A stretch of DNA of 64,000 nt from Podarcis melisellensis (Eukaryota), in assembly GCA_964234715.1 (NCBI GenBank), contig OZ174277.1; one strand, given 5' to 3'. The notes beneath the pieces were generated by a model. That model worked only from the letters and a program-made list of their open reading frames with translations, was not told where the DNA came from and did no database searches. The position numbers were made by a program, and so were the translations under genes. Positions within the stretch are counted from its first letter, which is position 1. Every line of letters starts with the position of its first letter. Of the stretch, positions 49,607 through 61,715 are shown one piece after another.

Positions 49607-50910
49607 GTTGTTGTTGTTGTTTAGTCGTTTAGTCGTGTCCGACTCTTCGTGACCCCATGGACCAGAGCACGCCAGGCACCTCTGTCCTCCACTGCCTCCC
49701 GCAGTTTGGTCAAACTCATGCTGGTAACCTCGAAAACACTATCCAACCATCTCATCCTCTGTCGCCCCCTTCTCCTTGTGCCCTCCATCTTTCCCAACAT
49801 CAGGGTCTTCTCCAGGGAGTCTTCTCTTCTCATGAGGTGGCCAAAGTACTGGAGCCTCAGCTTCACAATCTGTCCTTCCAGTGAGCACTCAGGGTTGATT
49901 TCCTTCAGTATGGAGAGGTTTGATCTTCTTGCAGTCCATGGGACTCTCAAGAGTCTCCTCCAGCACCATAATTCAAAAGCATCAATTCTTCGGCGATCAG
50001 CCTTCTTTATGGTACAGCTCTCACTTCCATACATCACTACTGGGAAAACCATAGCTTTAACTATACGAACCTTTGTTGGCAAGGTGATGTCTCTACTTCT
50101 CAAGATACTGTCTAGGCCTGTCATTGCCCTTCTCCCAAGAAGCAGGCGTCTTTTAATTTCGTGGCTGCTGTCACCATCTGCAGTGATCATGGAGCCCAAG
50201 AAAGTAAAATCTCTCACTACCTCCATTTCTTCCCCTTCTATTTGCCAGGAGGTGATGGGACCAGTGGCCATGATCTTCGTTTTTTTGATGTTGAGCTTCA
50301 GACCATATTTTGCGCTCTCGTCTTTCACCCTCATTAAAAGGTTCTTTAATTCCTCCTCACTTTCTGCCATCAAGGTTGTGTCATCTGCATATCTGATGTT
50401 GTTGATATTTCTTCCGGCAATCTTAATTCCGGCTTGGGATTCATCCAGCCCAGCCTTTCGCATGATGAATTCTGCATATAAGTTAAATAAGCAGGGAGAC
50501 AAAATACAGCCTTGTCGTACTCCTTTCCCAATTTTGAACCAATCAGTTGTTCCATATCCAGTTCTAACTGTAGCTTCTTGTCCCACATAGAGATTTCTCA
50601 GGAGACAGATGAGGTGATCTGGCACTCCCATTTCTTTAAGAACTTGCCATAGTTTGCCGTGGTCGACACAGTCAAAGGCTTTTGCATAGTCAATGAAGCA
50701 GAAGTAGATGTCTTTCTGGAACTCTCTAGCTTTCTCCATAATCCAGCGCATGTTTGCAATTTGGTCTCTGGTTCCTCTGCCTCTTCTAAATCCAGCTTGC
50801 ACTTCTGGGAGTTCTCGGTCCACATACTGCTTAAGCCTTCCTTGTAGAATTTTAAGCATAACCTTGCTAGCGTGTGAAATAAGTGCAATTGTGCGGTAGT
50901 TGGAGCATTC
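49607..50910 (-). mobile_element. BovB (RTE-clade) LINE, 5'-truncated, young
   Basis: (CAA)n tail; TSD tgcttccca(c/g)att at 49594-49606 and 50950-50962; uninterrupted RT frame. Confidence 0.95.
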
Positions 50911-50925
50911 TTCCCAGATTACCAT
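49621..50925 (-). CDS. BovB reverse transcriptase domain and C-terminus (partial ORF, no endonuclease domain)
   Basis: NYRTIALISHASKVMLKIL, QAGFRRGRGTRDQI, FIDYAKAFDCVDH, GVRQGCILSP, YADD motifs; the first few residues come from junction sequence. Confidence 0.92.
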   Translation of the reverse strand: MVIWEECSNYRTIALISHASKVMLKILQGRLKQYVDRELPEVQAGFRRGRGTRDQIANMRWIMEKAREFQKDIYFCFIDYAKAFDCVDHGKLWQVLKEMGVPDHLICLLRNLYVGQEATVRTGYGTTDWFKIGKGVRQGCILSPCLFNLYAEFIMRKAGLDESQAGIKIAGRNINNIRYADDTTLMAESEEELKNLLMRVKDESAKYGLKLNIKKTKIMATGPITSWQIEGEEMEVVRDFTFLGSMITADGDSSHEIKRRLLLGRRAMTGLDSILRSRDITLPTKVRIVKAMVFPVVMYGSESCTIKKADRRRIDAFELWCWRRLLRVPWTARRSNLSILKEINPECSLEGQIVKLRLQYFGHLMRREDSLEKTLMLGKMEGTRRRGRQRMRWLDSVFEVTSMSLTKLREAVEDRGAWRALVHGVTKSRTRLND

Positions 50926-52305
50926 TCTTCCCAGATTACCGTTGGAGCATGCTTCCCAGATTACCGTTTCCCAATTAACTAGCTTGCTATCCCAGCTACT
51001 TCACAGCTCATTGTTTGCCAAGCTTATCTGTCAACATTAGCTGATCTCCAACTAATTTGCCATACTCAGACCTAGGGAATCTGGCATTTCATTCTCAGGT
51101 AGCTATCTCTAGAGTGCTGAATAGTACAAGGCACACTAGCTGATTCTACCAGGCAGATGGGGGAATGATGGACCCAATAACTTTCAGTGTTCAAAATCAT
51201 GAAACAGACATTCGGGATTATGTCAGTGGGTTAAAGACTGTAAACAAGGAATCAGTTATATATAAATTATTGTAGTGTGCATTTACTACACTCTATTAGA
51301 ACAGCATAAGACATGAAGTAACGGGGCAGAAAGATAAATACAGAATAAATTAAACGAACACAATTAGCAAACAAGAATGGCTAAAGATATACAGAATGCC
51401 CTGCTGATCGGATTTAATTTAAATAAGACAAATGTAGTAATTGTTTATGTAACACAAATGACACATTCAACAATAAACTGCATGATCTGATTTCAATCAG
51501 CACGTAGGTCATGTTTCTTTGTGGATGCCAGCCAGATTCTCAGTGAGTTATAGAGGTTCTAATTTTCATTTAAGCTCTCAAAAGTTACTTTGTAATGGAT
51601 CTTCCTGTATTAAAACCCTTAATTGCACATTTTCATTTCACATATTTGGTCACATTACACACTGTTTATGTGAATAATAGTATATGCAAGACAATACAAA
51701 AATATATCCCCATATGTGTATATAGGAACATATATGCACGTGTGCACAGTCCCTGGTTTTCTTTACATGTTATATGCAGAGTGAAAGTATCTCCAGCTTC
51801 ACAAGCCCGAAATTGGCTCTTATGCCTTGCCAGGTGGATAACCTGTGTACTCAGGCACATATGCACCATGGGCCATCAACCTGAGTTTTATGGGATGCAT
51901 AATAAAATTATTATGGTACAATTAATCCTATTTATGTGACCCTTATTTCATAAAAAAGCAGCAACAACACAAACTATGAGGAGAAAATGATTTAAATCAG
52001 GACACCTACAAGACTGAGCTTAATGTTACTTGCATGCCAGAGAACAACACATGGACTAATGTACATGAATACACAACTGATACATCCCAAGACCTCATTG
52101 AACACAGATGGGAAATTTCTTATTTCTCAGATATCTGAAAATATTTTAAAAAGAGAGAATACAATCAATTTTTGGTTTTATTTCTATTTTCTGAGTCTTA
52201 AAAGCACAGCTGTGGTGAAAATGAAATGGGGCTACATACCAGTGATGGGGCAAGCTCAAAGTGGGCAGTTGTGTGTGGGGAGATCACAGAGAAGGGAGCT
52301 TTAAA

Positions 52306-52434
52306 CAGTGCTATTTTTCTAGAAAAAGAGGTGCCAAAACTCATCATGAATATCTATCTCCCTTGTTCTCGTATAATGTCAATGGCGGCCACCTGAGAGG
52401 TTCTAGGACTGACTTCTGGCTGAAAAAAACCCCT
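52306..52434 (+). mobile_element. MITE (cagtgctatttttctagaaaaagaggtg family)
   Basis: Siblings at 2575-2635 and 12924-13086. Confidence 0.6.
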
Positions 52435-54606
52435 AAGTTTAAACACACCATTCCCATAACTCCCTACCCCCACCCCTTGCTGTGTTAATCAGAGTGAAAG
52501 AGCTGAGCAGCAGGGGAAAGAGGGCCTAGAAGGGGACAGATCCTGGGGAAGAAGGCCCAGGGCAAGGCTGGTGAGGTGAATGGGGAACACCTGTGCGCCC
52601 ACTGCCGTTTTAAGCATATAGTGCTAATGTTTTGTGGATTATATTGTGGGTGCAATTTTTTTAAAAGAGCCAAAACTACTGTTCTTATGTAAAGCTATAA
52701 GGTACCCCAAATTCTCTAATGGGTTCCACACAGCTTGTGGTTGGTTTATATTGCTATGAGCTGTCTGGCTTAGAGTGTGCCAACAGCATTTTATCATCTT
52801 TTGTTTCATGGGCACTTTCAACACAGCAAAGTTCTTTAATTAGAGCTCGAAACCACAATGGCCAATTCCTTATCATAGGGGAGAAAAACACATAAAATAA
52901 ATGCTGCCTGTTAGTACTTAATCACTATATTCTGCAAAGTTTGTTTCCTGGCACTTGGCAGGTCATTCTGCTAACAGCAAACATATAATCCATAAACATT
53001 TATGGCATGCAAATGGATCCGGGGCAGACCAAATGCGGCGGCGGGGGGGGGGGGGGAGGTTTTAATAAGAGACTTGGTTCCTTCAAGAATACTTCATCCT
53101 ATAATTGCCAGAGATGGGGTAGAGGTGATTTAGGGCCATTTCCACCCCTGTTGTACAGCAATGAACCTGAGTTTGCCATTGAGTGTAATTTGGTGCCAAT
53201 AATCTGGAGAATCTTGGCTCTTTAATAAAGGCACTTGTGTGAAAAATGTGTTTTCAATGAGTACTTGTTTTCATTCTTATTTTTCATGTTTAGGGGTGCA
53301 TTTCAAAACCAAATCTTAGGAGTACACCTGAACTGTAATTGCTCTTATCCAGCAGTTGGGACTGTGTGCATGTAGACCCCTTGTGCAATTGGGGGATAGA
53401 ACTGTTTGTACAGGACCACAGAAACAGCTTAGTTGAACCCCACCTTCCATTGAGGAGCATGATTCCCACTTATATGACAGGGCTATGCATGTGCCCATTT
53501 GATCAGGGCCATTTGACCTAATTTGCCAAGACTAGCAATTTGTCAAGTGGGTGGGATGTGAACTAGTTCACCTAGAGTAGTTGAAAGTTTATCATGTTTC
53601 CCTGGTGGTGAAATGTTTAGTGGCTTCTAACGTTATTTCCCAGTGTACCCAAAATGTGGCACCCTCCAGATATTGTGGACTGCAGCTCCACCATTTCTCT
53701 ATAGCCTCTTTCTGTAAAGATTGAAATAAAAAAGGACTGTAAGAAACTTTTCCTTGTCTTTATAGTTTCTTGGGCAACCAGCTGGGAGCCACTGACAGCA
53801 AGGTGGACAAACTATCCCAGAAGGAGCATGAATGTGTCCCCCACCAGAGGTACTACCCCTCGCCTAACACACCCTACACCCCAGTTGCTATGAAGGAGTG
53901 CTCTCAGAAGCATTAAATATTGTATCCATTCAGTTTTAAAATGCATGTCTCACCACATGGACTCTTTTATAAAGGCTTCAGAGTAGCTTAGAATACATAA
54001 AATATACATAATATACATGTATAAATGTATAAAAAAATACATCCATAAAATATAAATTACATCAAGAAACTGTTGTAGGCTTCTAAAAGAAAAACAGCTG
54101 TATCATAATAAAGCCATAGAAGACATAAAATTACCCAATAAAACTACAACAAGATTTGGATTTTAAAAATTGAAATGCCATATGCTTGCTGAAATACAGC
54201 GGTCTTCAGTAATTCGCTGAAGGCCACAGCTGAGGAGCCATGTTGAGCTTCAGTGGGGAGGGAGTTCTGTCTCCAATATCTGAAGACTGCAGGACCTTTT
54301 TGCATATTATCAATGCTCACTCAGCATCAATAATAAAGAGGGTAGGGGAAATAAGCAAAACTACTTTAGAATGAGTGGAAATGTGGCATAAAACTGGCAC
54401 CAAATGACATACTACTGCATACTGTATAATAATACTGCATATAATATTAATAGTCAAAAGAGTTATAGATACAATGAGGAGCTAAAGAACATAGATAAAA
54501 CCAAGAGCAGTGTCTTACACTGTAACTTAAATTTGATTTGGAAAAGTTTTTAATGTTTGGGAATATTCACTTTTCTAGCCATCTGGTCATGCCTTATTCC
54601 ACAATA

Positions 54607-54831
54607 CAGTGGTACCTCAGGTTACATATACTTCAGGTTACAGACGCTTCAGGTTACAGACTCCGCTAACCCAGAAATAGTACCTTGGGTTAAGAACTTT
54701 GCTTCAGGATCAGTACAGAAATTGTGCAGCGGCGGTGCAGCGGCAGCAGGAGGCCCCATTAGCTAAAGTGGTGCTTCAGGTTAAGAACAGACCTCCAGAA
54801 CGAATTAAGTTCTTAACCCAAGGTACCACTG
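54607..54831. mobile_element. Tigger-like MITE
   Basis: TA-cagtggtacct...aggtaccactg-TA. Confidence 0.9.
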
Positions 54832-55025
54832 TACTCTAGGTCTCACTCCCACCAGGTTTTCCATTCCCGCTAGGAGTCAGAAGTCTTCTGTAGCCACTAA
54901 GCATGCCCATTCTTCATTTGACTCATTTTTGTCCTTCTGCAAATCTAGGGGTTACCTCACAGCTACTGATTCCTCTCTCTTATACATGAATGGTGCTGAT
55001 TTGGCTACATACGCACTGATATTTA

Positions 55026-55028
<3 letters not shown>

Positions 55029-55061
<33 letters not shown>

Positions 55062-55104
55062 CGTGAAAATCTACGAAAGCATATATATATATATATATAT
55101 ATAT
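55029..55104. repeat. Two (AT)n tracts separated by about 22 nt
   Basis: Direct observation. Confidence 0.9.
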
Positions 55105-55548
55105 TCCCTTAATTACTTATCAGCTGATTTGCAGTTACCTGGGGAATTTCCATATTCCCAGCCAATTGCATAGAGTACAAAATGTGCTCACATCATGTTT
55201 CACAGTTTTCAACGGTATATACCTTGTTTTATTTGGCCCTTGAGAAATCAGATTTTGGTATTGAAAATTGATATTGACATTACACATTCTGACTTTTAAA
55301 TTTTTGAATTGTAAAAAATGAACCTTTCCCCAATCTTGTCTGCTGTAATTTATTTTCTGTATTTTGTAGCCAGAACGGTGGCAGTTATTTTCTGGTTAAG
55401 GCAAAATTCTCCATCCAATTAGGGTTGGTATTGTGAATGGTGGGCAAATTTGCCACACACAGCCTCCTCTGCAAAGAAGTCTTGAGAGGTTTGGCCCAGG
55501 GAAGGACTGGGAATTGGCAGGTGGGAAATCTCACCCAATCAGGCAGAG

Positions 55549-55566
55549 GTGATGATGATGATGATG

Positions 55567-55616
<50 letters not shown>

Positions 55617-55950
55617 TATTATTTGTACCCCGCCCATCTGGCTGGGTTTCCCCCGCCACTCTGGGCGGCTTCCATAGAAACCAAAAATACACTAAAATAT
55701 CACACATTAAAAACTTCCCTAAACAGGGCTGCCTTAAGATGTCTTCTGAATGTCAGATAGTTATTTATCGCTTTGACATCTGATGGGAGGGCGTTCCACA
55801 GGCGCCACTACCGAGAAGGCCCTCTGCCTGGTTCCCTGCCTGGTTCCCTGTAGCTTTGCTTCTCACAATGAGGGAACCGCCAGAAGGCCCTCGGCGCTGG
55901 ACCTCAGCGTCCAGGCAGAACGATGGGGGTGGAGACGCTCCTTCAGGTAT
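55549..55950 (-). mobile_element. L2 LINE 3' fragment with (GAT)n/(AAT)n tail
   Basis: cccgcccatctggctggg 3' stem-loop; gggagggcgttccaca and gagaaggccct encode the WNALP and RAFS motifs on minus strand. Confidence 0.85.
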
Positions 55951-56106
55951 ATACGCTCCTTCAGATGAGGCTTTGAAAGCTGGCTTTGCCCGGAAGATGA
56001 GAAGGATCAGATTCCTCCCCTCCCCCAACTTATTGGATACATCATCTGCCTGGACTACTTTGATTTGGCTAATCAGGTTAATTTGTTATATTACTTGTTT
56101 ATACCA

Positions 56107-56471
56107 CGAGGGGACGCAGGTGGCGCTGTGGGTTAAAGCCTCAGCGCCTAGGACTTGCCGATCGAAAGGTCGGCGGTTCGAATCCCTGCGGCGGGGTGCG
56201 CTCCCGCTGCTCGGTCCCAGCGCCTGCCAACCTAGCAGTTCGAAAGCACCTCCGGGTGCAAGTAGATAAATAGGGACCGCTTACCAGCGGGAAGGTAAAC
56301 GGCGTTTCCGTGTGCGGCTCTGGCTCGCCAGAGCAGCGATGTCACGCTGGCCACGTGACCCGGAAGTGTCTCCGGACAGCGCTGGCCCCTGGCCTCTTAA
56401 GTGAGATGGGCGCACAACCCCAGAGTCTGTCAAGACTGGCCCGTACGGGCAGGGGTACCTTTACCTTTACC
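56107..56471 (+). mobile_element. Sauria SINE, full length and young
   Basis: 9-bp TSD tttatacca (56098-56106, 56472-56480); very similar to 21231-21588. Confidence 0.93.
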
Positions 56472-57298
56472 TTTATACCATATACGGTATATTGGTATGC
56501 TTATGTTGCATCTTGGGTCCTTGCTGTGGGTGTGATGGCAGTGTTGTGATGTTGTGCCACTGTTTAATCAGATTAGGTTATGTGTTCTGATGTCACTGAG
56601 TTCAAATGGTGCATTAAAAGTAAGGGCACGTCCATAGCTAATCAGGAATCATACAGTGAAGGAGTGATGTCATTATGCTACAAAGCCAATTAGATTTGGC
56701 TTGATGGCTCTGAGGGTAAATCAAACCCCTTCTGAGTGAGATTAATACTTGCTGATTAAGTGAAGCAGTTCATCTTCTTTCTAAGCAATCACCAAAAATC
56801 ACAGAAGGGTAGTGCTTCTTTAACACAGATGAATGCTAAACTCCCTCCCTTTCCACTAAGTTTTGTTTGGCTAAATGCATGAATGAAATTAATATTAAAT
56901 ATACACTATTTATTGCTAATCACCTATCAAATGCTGTCTGCTCACACCAGCTGTTTGATAGGGATACTGCTAAATGTTGAGTGGTACAATACAGGTGCTG
57001 TGAAATGCTGACAACGTAAGGCGGGTTAGTTAAAGATCTTGCATTGCAAAACTTCAGGAAGAATTTAGGAGAGAAATTTTGGATGCAAATTTGGTAGTAA
57101 CATAGCAAGAAAAAGAGCTCTTCAAGGGGAATGCCCTTCAAACATCCTCACATACCAAAGAAATATATAACAAAATTGTAGGAGATCTTCTGTCTAAAGA
57201 CTTTACTTCAATGACCACCTGTTTCCAATGGATGACAATAACGGAGGTCCTTTTTGGTCAGCCTTCTTGTATAGGGAGGTAACAAGGCTAGCAACAGG

Positions 57299-57533
57299 CA
57301 GTGGCGGAGATAGATGCTCCGGCACCCTGAGTGGCGTGCACTTGAGGGAGGTTAGCTGTGGGGGCGGGGCTAGTGTCCCAGAGGCAGGAAGAGCATTTCA
57401 GGGGTGTGCCGCCCGCAGCGAGAGTCCCAGGGAGTGCACCGCCCATGGTGAGCATCCAGGGGGGCACACGGCAATGTCACCCCTCTCAGGGATGACACCC
57501 AGGGCGGACCACACCCACCTTGCTGCGCCTCTG
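57299..57533. mobile_element. hAT (Tip100-like) MITE
   Basis: Perfect 8-bp TSD gcaacagg (57291-57298, 57534-57541); TIR cagtggcggag / ctgcgcctctg. Confidence 0.85.
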
Positions 57534-59419
57534 GCAACAGGTCTGTACCCAGAAGAGAGCAGGGTTGAGTGGACCTACCTAATTTAGCATCCTTGAAGGT
57601 GGCAAATTTGCAAAGGGAAAAATGTTGCAGGTTATAACAGCTATAAAGGTACATGAAGCCAACTCTACTCTACTAATGTGCTTTGATGGCTTTGGGATAT
57701 GCCAGCAATACTATTCAACTCAATTTCTTTTTGTAATCTATTTTTCTTGTGTCTTGAACAAGGGAAAGCAGACATTGCTTCTCCTGAACCATGGACTCAA
57801 GAGCGAAATTCTTTCTCCGGAATGTTACAAAATATACCATCTCTTTGGTTTTGGCAGTCAGGCTACCCTTCTGATTGCAGTGGTGTCCTGACAACACGTA
57901 ACATGGTGCTGTCACAAAATCCAGCTCCTTTTAGAGGACGCCAAGCCCCATGTGGACACCAGGTGTGTGTGATGACAGATTGCAGGGCTGAGTGTAACAC
58001 TGTGAAAACTATTTGTTTCTTGACTCAGTTAACCAAAGTCATTCTCAAAAGCATAAACACAGAATGAATCACGGCATTCCATGGAATCCACAAGGGCAAA
58101 TTGCTCATTGTTTGTTCTTAGAGAAAAATACCACTTTGTGCCATTTAAAAGAGCCCACTGCATGTCTCTTAAAGCAAAAGTTGCATGTTTTTTTCTGAAG
58201 GATTAAAAGCATGGCATTGCCTTTTATGGACAGCCTTCTATGGCCCAGCCCTCAACATCTGTGCACCCTCCACAAGGTATATATTTATGGCGCTCTCTAC
58301 TTTCTAAACTCAGACTACAGCAGCCACAACTACAGACAAAAGCACATTCATTTTGTGACTTAGAAGCACTGGGGCACAGATACCTGCTGATTTTTCTGGA
58401 TAATATGTTCAACACTCAAGCCAAGCTAGTTGCAGTGTGTACAAATGAGCAATAATACAAGCATGAAAAATCCTTAGCAATCACTCCTTAGAAGGAAGTA
58501 GCAGCCAATTTTCATTCCCAGGAAGTCTTGCAGGCTAGAAATGCCAACAGGTTCTGCCACAAGCACTTGTAAATTCTATCACTCGTTGTGGAACTTCTTT
58601 GGAAAAGATTAGGAATCTGTTCCGTTCATTTACTCTGACATGAGTTTGGTCTGCCCTGTCTTCCGCTGCTCCTCAATTCTTACTAATTTCTAAAATGAAT
58701 TCTGGAATTGGGGTATGCATAGTTTGCCACAGCTTTTGGTTTTGTAATTTCATTCACATTTCTCCCATTATCTACATTACATGTACAGTATAAAATCGTT
58801 CCCCTTTGCCATACTAAGAGGTTCATCATGGCCCTAGGACAACCCTGGGCCATTCCAGACCCTTTCCAATCTTTATGTGCTGTTAACTACATTGGGACTG
58901 AGGAGAGAAGCTTAAACATGCTAAGTTACTTTGTGCTTGCCAAAGTGAATTGCAAAGCTGTTCTAGCTTCTGCTATGCTAGGGAAAGAGAATTGGATCTA
59001 GCTGACAGGCCAGATAATTACCGGTATCTCTGCCACTACAAACCCATACCAAGTTTGACAGCCGATCACCTGCCATCAGAATGCCATCAGTTGACCTTTT
59101 TTGGCCACATGGTTTTGGCGATGCTTGCAAAGTCCCAAAATGGCCTCGTGAGCCAAGTGGGGAGGCCCTACCCCTGTGCCATTCACATTAGACCTTGGGG
59201 ATAAAAATTAATTCACTCTGCTCTCTGTCAAACCTACAGAGTATAACTGGGCAGTTCTGCCCATGCCTAGAGAGTTTTCTGTCTGCTTCTTGCCTCCCTC
59301 CTATCTATTGTGCCTCCTACACCCATTTTCCCCTCTGCTTCCTGACCTGTGTAGTTCAGCTGTATTCTGCCTAGTTATCAAACACATATTGTAGCTTTCT
59401 ATGTTCTTATGCCTTGCAT

Positions 59420-59562
59420 TGGTCCACCAAACTTAGTATTGTCTACACTGATTGTCAGTGACTCTCAAGAATTTCAGTCTTTCTCAGCCCCACTTGGAGA
59501 GGCCAGAGACCGAAACAGTGACCTTCATCATGTAAAACATGTCCTCTGCCACTGAGCTAAAG
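59420..59562 (-). mobile_element. tRNA-derived SINE with CR1-like tail
   Basis: Reverse complement of the 7770-7963 family. Confidence 0.6.
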
Positions 59563-59709
59563 CCCTAAAGCCCATCTCTGAACTGGGACCTTGGAGTTGG
59601 CTTCACATCAGGGATATGATTTCTCCTGTAACTTCTCATCTCAATGCATTAATGCTATTGAAGATTTTATTAATGAGTACAACTAGAGATGAACTGTTTA
59701 TTCTTCCCT

Positions 59710-59710
<1 letters not shown>

Positions 59711-59777
<67 letters not shown>

Positions 59778-59779
59778 AC
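59711..59779. repeat. Compound (CT)n(CA)n microsatellite
   Basis: Direct observation. Confidence 0.95.
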
Positions 59780-60104
59780 GAATGATGTTATTACTGAAGA
59801 TACTGAAAAAAATGCTGCTGTTTCCCAAAACTTCAATGTGCAGGGAATCTAATGTGGCTTGCTATCATTTCCTGACAAGAATATGCCCAGCAAATGAAAT
59901 AGTTTCAGATAGTGGAAGAGGTAACCCAGCAAAACTACTCAGTTACCACCAATTAGGAAGCGATTGCAAAAAATAATATAAAATTCTGCACACTAGAAGA
60001 AAAGATGATTTAGCTGTTGGAATAATTTCCTTCTCATAAAATAAAGCCTCCTCTAAGCATATTTGGGATAAACCACAAAAAAATCACTTCCACATCCATG
60101 AAGG

Positions 60105-60326
60105 ATATCAGTGGCTACTAGGCATGATGGCTGTGATCTTTCTCCTGTGTCAAAGGTGGTATACTTCTAAATACCAATTGCTTGGAATCAATCAAATACC
60201 AGTTGCCATGTTGTACTCAAGTCCTGTTTGTGGAATTCCCATAGGCACCTGACAGGTCAGTGTAAGAACTGGTTGCTGGAGAAGATGGACCTTTGGTCTG
60301 ATCCAGCAGGGGCCTTCTTCTGTTCT
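60105..60326 (+). mobile_element. CR1 3'UTR fragment
   Basis: gaggata.atcagtggctactag...gatggacctttggtctgatccagcagg...tgttct. Confidence 0.65.
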
Positions 60327-61409
60327 AATTTCTTTGCATATTGAATTGGCTTAAGCAAGCATAGATGATTGGAACTGTGAGTCTCATCTCATTATCCTTC
60401 CAAAAAATGATGTTTAGATAAAGCCTGGGCAGCTTGTGCAAAACAATGATTCAGCTGCATATCTGTTCATTTATGGACCTCCAGCAAAAACCGAAGGAAG
60501 GCTAATACAGTCGCTTGGTGTTTTCTGTTGAAATTGACGTAGAAAATGCTGATAGCTATCTTCCAAAATGGTTTACACACCAGTGCCCAAGTTCCCATTT
60601 CACACAGAAGACAGGTCAAAAAATGAAAAACGTGGAGCTTTGTCGGGCTTATTAAAAGGCCCTTACTTGCTACTGTGGGGTAGAAAAAAAGGGGGTTGAC
60701 ATTTCACATTGATTCAAGTAGTCTTCGATAGAGCCAGATGTCAGAACTGCAAGAAGCTCATGCCGAGTGCCACAGCACCTCTGTCTCAGATTGTATGTCA
60801 GCGTCAGACGCCGGGAAGAAAGCTTTCTTTCCAAGTGGCACTGTGTGGAGGAGTGCTTTGCGGAGGCAGCAGCACAACCGCATGTAAGTCTTTTGTGCTT
60901 TCAAGGCAGCCTCCACAAATAGTGGAAAGCAGAGAGTGATTCTGGAGGTGGTTTAAAAGGGAATAACCAACCCATATGGTGTTTACTTGTTCCTCCTCTC
61001 TCATAGGCTTTTTTAAAGAAAAGGCTCGCCAGACCTGAAGACCCAAGGACAAAGTATACTTAAGGGAGCCAGTGGAATCTAATGCGAGTAAGTGCTCGGG
61101 ACACTCAGAGAACTAAGAATTATTAGTCACAAATCTCTGACCCAGAGATACTGGAAGAATCATGGAGTGAAATACACAACCCCGTGTTTCTTTAACCAGA
61201 TGGTTGTGCTGCATTCTCCCTGGCATAGCCCTGCTAGAGGTTGGCAGCAAGCAGGTGGAAGTAAGACTATCATCTAAGCCATTTTAAGGCAATCAGCGCT
61301 GCTAATGCCATCCATTTGTCGTATTCCTGAAGATCACATCCTACAATTATGGCCAAATGATTATTATGCTTGCTGTAAGCAAAGATTCCCCCTACATCTC
61401 AATTTCCCC

Positions 61410-61715
61410 CTTTTTATTTAGTCGGTTTATTTTTTAGTTGTTCCTCAGCTGTAACTCTCAGAGGGGCTTTCAGAATAACAATAATTAAAAACAACACAGC
61501 CCACCAACACAATAAAGTAACAATTCAGACTATTCACAGACAAACGGTTAATATGCAAGCAGAAAGAACCGTCTGGGCAAAGAACAAGGTTTCACCTGGC
61601 AAAGGAAATAATATGAAGACAGTGCCAGGTAGATGTTGCTGGGAAGGAAATGCCAAAGGCAGGGGCTCCCTATTGAAAAGGCTGTGTCCCCAGTCACCAC
61701 CTGCCTTCCGGAGGA
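61410..61715 (-). mobile_element. Old L2 3' fragment
   Basis: AT-rich tail, cagaggggctt, gtctgggcaaagaacaaggtttcacctggc pattern; heavily decayed. Confidence 0.4.

Noticed and set aside
55059-55080. ccgtgaaaatctacgaaagc between (AT)n tracts, resembling a hammerhead 3' half
   Set aside because: No CUGANGA box or helices; too short to assign
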